A DNA stretch of 43,412 nt, taken from an uncultured Trueperaceae bacterium. Its GTDB lineage: Bacteria; Deinococcota; Deinococci; Deinococcales; Trueperaceae. The translations under genes were made by a program, and so were the position numbers. This document shows positions 37,719 to 43,412 of the stretch, in pieces (the first letter of the stretch is position 1; each line of letters starts with the position of its first letter). Below the pieces are notes generated by a model that did not search any database, had not been told where the DNA came from, and saw only the letters and a list, made by a program, of their open reading frames with translations. Location of the stretch: contig CAWFFU010000002.1 in assembly GCA_963815215.1 (NCBI GenBank), positions 1 to 43,412 on the forward strand, in the 5' to 3' direction.

Positions 37719-38420
37719 TCAGGCCGGGCGCGGGTAGGTGATCGCTCCCTCGTACAGGGCGCGGCCCACGATGGCGCCGTCCAGCCCGAGGCGCTGGTAG
37801 AGATCCAGGTCGATGTCGGCGCCTACGCCGCCGCCGGCCACCAGCCGGTGAGGGAAGGCGGCGCGCATGCGGGCCACCGGCTCCTCATCGACGCCGCGCA
37901 GGGTGCCGTCGCGGCTGATGTCGGTGTAGATCAGGTGCCGCACGCCCTGGCCGGCCACCCGGCGAGCCAGCTCGGCGGCGTCGACGTCGGTGACCTCGGC
38001 CCAGCCGCGTACGGCCACCCGTCCCTCGCGGGCATCGATGGAGACCACCACCCGGTCGGGCCCGAACTCGGCCAGCAACGCGTCGACCACCTCGGGCTCG
38101 TGGATGGCGACGGTGCCGAGCACCACCCGGTCGACGTGCTCGAGCCAGTCGGTGGCGGCCTCGACGCTGCGCACGCCCCCGCCGATCTCCAGCCGCGCGC
38201 CTGCCTCCGCGGCCAGCGCGCGGATCAGTGCGCCGTTGTCGCTGCGCCCGAGCGCGGCGTCGAGGTCGACCACGTGGAGCCAGGGCGCTCCCAGCCCGAC
38301 CCAGTGCCGCGCCGCCTCCAAGGGTGAGTCGAAGTACACGGTCTCGCGCGCCGGATCGCCCTCGTAGAGCCGCACGGCCCGTCCCTGTTGGATGTCCACT
38401 GCCGGGATCACGTCGAACAT
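37719..38420 (-). CDS. hisA: ProFAR isomerase (histidine biosynthesis)
   Basis: IPAVDIQQGRAVRL..G, LHVVDLDAA, GGGVR, YTDISRDGTL.G, GAIVGRALY. Confidence 0.95.
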   Translation of the reverse strand: MFDVIPAVDIQQGRAVRLYEGDPARETVYFDSPLEAARHWVGLGAPWLHVVDLDAALGRSDNGALIRALAAEAGARLEIGGGVRSVEAATDWLEHVDRVVLGTVAIHEPEVVDALLAEFGPDRVVVSIDAREGRVAVRGWAEVTDVDAAELARRVAGQGVRHLIYTDISRDGTLRGVDEEPVARMRAAFPHRLVAGGGVGADIDLDLYQRLGLDGAIVGRALYEGAITYPRPA

Positions 38421-38496
38421 GGCACCGCGAGCATAGCGCGTGTCGCCGCCGGTGCCGCAGCGCCACCGGACAGCCGGCGCGCGGGACGACGGTCCG

Positions 38497-39474
<978 letters not shown>

Positions 39475-39646
39475 GCCTCGCTCCCCGGACGCGCCGCCAT
39501 CTTCGCTGGACTACCCCGAGCATAGCTGCCATGATAGTCGCGTCGCAGGCGGGGGACGATAAAACTTCACACGTTTCCGACGCCGTCCGTCCGCCTGCCC
39601 GGAGCCGTCCCGAGCGCGCGGCGCAGGGGCGCCGTCACCCCCCGCC

Positions 39647-39674
39647 TTGACAGGCTGCGACCGTCACCTATACT
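39647..39674 (+). promoter_or_regulatory. Near-consensus sigma-A promoter of the DUF177-rpmF-fab region
   Basis: TTGACA (39647-39652), 16-nt spacer, TATACT (39669-39674), 8 nt before ATG39683. Confidence 0.8.
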
Positions 39675-39682
39675 TTTAAGGG

Positions 39683-40258
39683 ATGGTTTCTCGCCGGGAC
39701 GCTCTGCTCAACCTGGCTCCCCTCCTCAACCGTGCCCCAGGATCCGCCGATGAGGTGGTGGGGACCGGTCTGCTGGAGCCCGAGCCGGCGCTGCTCGAGG
39801 CCGACGGTCTGGTCCTCGGCGGGCCGCTCGAGTGGGGGGTCACGGTCCGCAATGTGGGCGGCGACGACGACTTCATCGTCGACGGCTGGGTGAGCGGTCA
39901 CGCGGTTCAGGAGTGCCGCCGCTGCCTCACCAAGGTCGTGACCGGGGCGCGGGCGACGTTCGTGATGCCGATGCTCTACCTCGCTCGCGAGGCGGGCCTG
40001 CGGCTCGACGAGGTCTCCGAAGACGACGAGGAACGTCTCGTCTTCGGCCGGCCCGAGGTGGACTTCGCACCGATGCTGGCGCAGCTGTTCGCCATCGAGC
40101 TGCCGCTCACCGCGCTGTGTCGGGAGGACTGCAAGGGGTTGTCGCTCGACGGCGTCAACCTCAACGAACACCCTGAGCTCGAGGCGGAGGACCGCGTCCG
40201 GCGCGACGCCGCCTCCCCGTTCGAAGTCTTGAAGGACATCGACCTGACGTCGCAGTGA
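39683..40258 (+). CDS. DUF177 / YceD family protein
   Basis: ECRRCL, LP...LCREDCKGL...GVNLN; classic position upstream of rpmF. Confidence 0.92.
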   Translation: MVSRRDALLNLAPLLNRAPGSADEVVGTGLLEPEPALLEADGLVLGGPLEWGVTVRNVGGDDDFIVDGWVSGHAVQECRRCLTKVVTGARATFVMPMLYLAREAGLRLDEVSEDDEERLVFGRPEVDFAPMLAQLFAIELPLTALCREDCKGLSLDGVNLNEHPELEAEDRVRRDAASPFEVLKDIDLTSQ

Positions 40259-40295
40259 GGCGGCGTCACGACCGACGAAGGAGTGAGTCTGCACC

Positions 40296-40481
40296 ATGGC
40301 CAAACACCCTGTTCCCAAGAAGCGCACGTCCGCCTCGAGGCGCGACCAGCGCCGCAGCCACCACGCGCTCACCGCGCCCAACCTGGTCGAGTGCCCCGAG
40401 TGCAAGGCCATGAAGCCGCAGCACGTGGTATGCCCGGAGTGCGGAAGCTATGCCGGTCGGCAAGTGGTCGAGGAGGCCTGA
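40296..40481 (+). CDS. rpmF: 50S ribosomal protein L32 (zinc-binding form)
   Basis: MAKHPVPKKRTS..RRDQRRSH, CPEC...HVVCPECGSY. AAGGAG RBS. Confidence 0.98.
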   Translation: MAKHPVPKKRTSASRRDQRRSHHALTAPNLVECPECKAMKPQHVVCPECGSYAGRQVVEEA

Positions 40482-40583
40482 GGGCCTTCCGTACCAACTA
40501 ACGGGTAGTTAGCGGATCGCGAGCCGTCGCCCACCGGGCGCAGATGCCCCCGCGTGCGGCGACGGGGACGGAGTTCGGGTGGC

Positions 40584-41579
40584 GTGAATCAGAGCGGTAG
40601 CCAGCGTGCCGGTGTCACGGCGCTGGGCGCGTACGCGCCTGCGCGCATCCTGACCAACCAGGACCTCGAGGCGATGATGGACACCTCGGACGAGTGGATC
40701 ACCACCCGGACCGGGATCAAGCGTCGTCACATCGCCGCGGAGAACGAGTTCACCACCGACCTGGCCTTCAGCGCCGTGGAGGACCTGCTGGCCCGCCACG
40801 GCGACGATGCCCTGGCCGGCGTGGACATGGTGATCGTGGCGACCAACACGCCCGACGCCCTGTTCCCGTCGACGGCGGCGATGGTACAGGACCGCTTCCG
40901 GCTCCGCGCCGGCGGCTTCGACATGCTGGCGGGTTGCCCCGGCTGGATCTACTCGCTGGGCATGGCCAAGTCGCTGGTGGAGTCGGGTCAGTGCCGGCGT
41001 GTGCTGGCGATCGGGGCCGAGGCGCTCACCAAGATCACCAACTGGGACGACCGCTCCACCGCCGTGCTGTTCGGCGACGGCGCCGGCGCGGTGGTGGTGG
41101 AGGCGGTCGACGAGCCCTACGGCCTGCGGTCGGTGGTGCTCGGCGCCGACGGCTCGGGCGCGCACCACCTGCACAAACGCTCGGTCGCCCACTCCCTGCC
41201 CAACGGCGACCCGCTCTCCGAGACGCTCTACATGAACGGCCGCGAGGTCTTCAAGTTCGCCGTCAGGGTGATGAACACCGCCACCATCGAGGCGGTCGAG
41301 AAGGCCGGCCTGCACATCGACGACATCAGCCTGTTCGTGCCGCATCAGGCGAACCTGCGCATCATCGAGGCCGCCCGCGAGCGGCTGGGGCTGCCACGCG
41401 AGCGCGTGGTCGTCACGGTCGACGAGTACGGCAACAACTCCACGGCCAGCATCCCGCTGGCGCTGCACACCGCCCTCGACGGCGGCCGCATCGAGCCCGG
41501 CGACAACCTGCTGCTGGTCAGCTTCGGCGCCGGCCTCACCTGGGCCGCGACCGTGCTCACCTGGGGTGGTGGGGCGTGA
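40584..41579 (+). CDS. fabH: Beta-ketoacyl-ACP synthase III
   Basis: DTSDEWITTRTGI, catalytic Cys in AGCPG, LFGDGAGA, PHQANLRI, GNNSTAS, FGAGLTW. Confidence 0.96.
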   Translation: MNQSGSQRAGVTALGAYAPARILTNQDLEAMMDTSDEWITTRTGIKRRHIAAENEFTTDLAFSAVEDLLARHGDDALAGVDMVIVATNTPDALFPSTAAMVQDRFRLRAGGFDMLAGCPGWIYSLGMAKSLVESGQCRRVLAIGAEALTKITNWDDRSTAVLFGDGAGAVVVEAVDEPYGLRSVVLGADGSGAHHLHKRSVAHSLPNGDPLSETLYMNGREVFKFAVRVMNTATIEAVEKAGLHIDDISLFVPHQANLRIIEAARERLGLPRERVVVTVDEYGNNSTASIPLALHTALDGGRIEPGDNLLLVSFGAGLTWAATVLTWGGGA

Positions 41580-42520
41580 GCCCGGCCCCGACCCGCGGCG
41601 ACGCCGGGCTCGCGGTGGTCTTCCCCGGCCAGGGCTCGCAGTCGGTCGGCATGGCCCGGAGCTTCTACGAGCGCAGCCCCGCGGCCCGCGCGGTACTGGA
41701 CGAGGCCGAGGCGGCCCTCCCGGGCCTGCTGACGCTGATGTGGGAGGGCCCGGCCGAGATCCTGCAGCTCACCGCCAACCAGCAGCCCGCGCTGGTCGCC
41801 GCCGGCGCAGCCGCCTACGCCGCCTGGCGCGAGGCCGGCGGGGCCGAGCCGCGTTACGCCGCCGGGCACAGCCTGGGGGAGTACACCGCTCACGTCGCCG
41901 CGGGCTCGCTCACGGTGGCCGAAGCGGTCTCGCTGGTGCGCGCCCGCGGAACGTACATGCAGGAGGCCGTGCCCGAGGGTGAAGGCGCCATGGCGGCGGT
42001 CATGAAGCTCGACGCCGCCGCCATCCGCAACGCCTGCCGGCACGTCGACGGGGTGGCGGAGGTGGCCAACCTCAATGCGCCCGGACAGACCGTCATCTCG
42101 GGCGACGCCGCCGCCGTGGCGGCCGCCTCGGAGCGCCTCAAGGCCGACGGCGGGCGGGTGGTGCCGCTGAAGGTGTCCGCCCCCTTCCACTGCAGCCTGA
42201 TGCAACCCGCCGCCGACCGGCTGGCCCAGGACCTGAGCCGCGTGCGCTTCCGGGACCCGGCCTTCGGCATCGTCTGCAACGTCACCGCCGACCTGCTGCC
42301 CGGGCCCGCGCAGGCGCCGGACCTACTCACCCGGCAGGTGACCTCGCCGGTGCGCTGGGTGGAATCGGTCAAGCACCTGCAGGCGCTGGGCGCGCGACGC
42401 TTCCTGGAGCTCGGCGCGGGCAAGGTCCTCAGCGGCCTGATCGGCCGCATCCTGGACGGCGCCGACGCGGTGAGCGTGCCCGACATGGACGCCCTGCACG
42501 CGGCGCTGGAGGCGGCGTGA
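41576..42520 (+). CDS. fabD: Malonyl-CoA:ACP transacylase
   Basis: FPGQGSQ, GHSLGEY, SAPFHC, PVRW. GTG overlaps the fabH stop. Confidence 0.96.
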   Translation: MSPAPTRGDAGLAVVFPGQGSQSVGMARSFYERSPAARAVLDEAEAALPGLLTLMWEGPAEILQLTANQQPALVAAGAAAYAAWREAGGAEPRYAAGHSLGEYTAHVAAGSLTVAEAVSLVRARGTYMQEAVPEGEGAMAAVMKLDAAAIRNACRHVDGVAEVANLNAPGQTVISGDAAAVAAASERLKADGGRVVPLKVSAPFHCSLMQPAADRLAQDLSRVRFRDPAFGIVCNVTADLLPGPAQAPDLLTRQVTSPVRWVESVKHLQALGARRFLELGAGKVLSGLIGRILDGADAVSVPDMDALHAALEAA

Positions 42521-43275
42521 GCGGCGAACCCCGCGCGGCGGCGCGCAACGCGCTGGTCACCGGCTCGAGTCGCGGCCTGGGCCGCGCCATCGCGCTGGAG
42601 CTGGGACGGCGCGGCTACCGGGTGGCGGTGCACTACGTGCGCAGCGAGGCCCCGGCCCGCGAGGTCGCCGACGCCATCAGCGCGGCGGGCGGCGTGGCCG
42701 AGGTGTTCAGTGCCGACGTCGCCGACCCGGCGGCCTGTCAGCAGCTGGTGAAGGACGTGACGAACAGCCTCGGCAGCCTGGAGGTGCTGGTGAACAACGC
42801 CGGCATCACCCGCGACACGCTGGCGCTGCGCATGAAGCCCGACGATTGGCAGAGCGTGCTCGACACCAACCTGTCGAGCGCCTTCCACCTCTCCAAGACC
42901 GCGCTGCGAGGCATGCTGCGCGAGGGCTTCGGGCGCATCGTCAACATCGCCTCGATCGTGGGCATCCGCGGCAACGTCGGCCAGGCCAACTACGTCGCCG
43001 CCAAGGCCGGCCTGATCGGCCTCACCAAGGCGCTGGCGCGCGAGTACGGATCGCGCGGCGTGACGGTGAACGCCGTGGCGCCGGGCTTCATCGAGTCCGA
43101 CATGACCGACGCGCTGCCGGACGAGCTCAAGCAGGCTTACCTGCAGGAGATCCCCGCAGGACGCTTCGGGCGCCCCGAGGACGTCGCCGCGGCGGTGGCG
43201 TTCCTGGCGAGCGAGGAGGCCGCCTACATCAACGGGCAGACGCTGCCGGTTGACGGTGGCATGGTCATGCCGTAA
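42517..43275 (+). CDS. fabG: 3-oxoacyl-ACP reductase
   Basis: TGSSRGLG, NNAGITRD, GQANYVAAKAG, PGFIESDMT, INGQTLPVDGGM. Confidence 0.97.
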   Translation: MSGEPRAAARNALVTGSSRGLGRAIALELGRRGYRVAVHYVRSEAPAREVADAISAAGGVAEVFSADVADPAACQQLVKDVTNSLGSLEVLVNNAGITRDTLALRMKPDDWQSVLDTNLSSAFHLSKTALRGMLREGFGRIVNIASIVGIRGNVGQANYVAAKAGLIGLTKALAREYGSRGVTVNAVAPGFIESDMTDALPDELKQAYLQEIPAGRFGRPEDVAAAVAFLASEEAAYINGQTLPVDGGMVMP

Positions 43276-43412
43276 TGTTTTCGAGGCTCCGGCTCCGTGT
43301 CGGCGGCTCAGCGCATGTGCGCGGCGCCGCACCCACAGCCGGGAAGGCCGGATCGGCCGCGAGTCGGAGCGCCGGGAACCGCCCCGCAACCAGTTCCGAG
43401 AAGCCACTTCAG

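Noticed and set aside
43276..43412. acpP or a terminator after fabG
   Set aside because: No ORF start and no clean hairpin with U-tract inside the window; acpP may follow beyond the edge but cannot be shown.

Overview
A GC-rich bacterial chromosomal segment, most likely Deinococcota (Trueperaceae-like). This is inferred from a DdrH-like gene, many leaderless TANNNT promoters and a DUF177-rpmF-fabH-fabD-fabG block without plsX. I found no rRNA, tRNA, IS element, prophage or CRISPR array. Gene content in order: pxpA (frameshifted), pxpBC, mgsA, ddrH-like, ppk1, OsmC, 5-formyl-THF cyclo-ligase, a HAD hydrolase; an amidohydrolase / argininosuccinate-lyase-like / sugar-type ABC operon with a LacI-type operator; an MFS; an ECF sigma/anti-sigma pair; a PucR-controlled amine catabolic cluster (gabT-like, YodT-like transaminase, polar amino-acid ABC, amidase, CoA-transferase A/B, M20 deacylase); an acetyl-CoA hydrolase/transferase; DUF2892 opposite a SufR-like regulator; a COG4315 secreted protein; MFS; SDR; thioesterase; a large frameshifted lipoprotein; mutM; hisA; a REC-BTAD regulator; and fatty-acid synthesis genes. 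Four highlights: (1) the lipoprotein carries all three thioester-domain (TED) motifs on a long Gly/Ser/Thr stalk, a possible covalent adhesin in a diderm; (2) an unannotated ~230-nt structured RNA with its own -10 box and terminator lies at 33409-33636 (-); (3) an identical ECF-type promoter GCATCCG-N14-GCGTAGG sits before both the ECF sigma gene and the COG4315 gene 15 kb away; (4) two catabolic operons have unknown substrates. All family calls come from motif recognition by eye; no searches were run.
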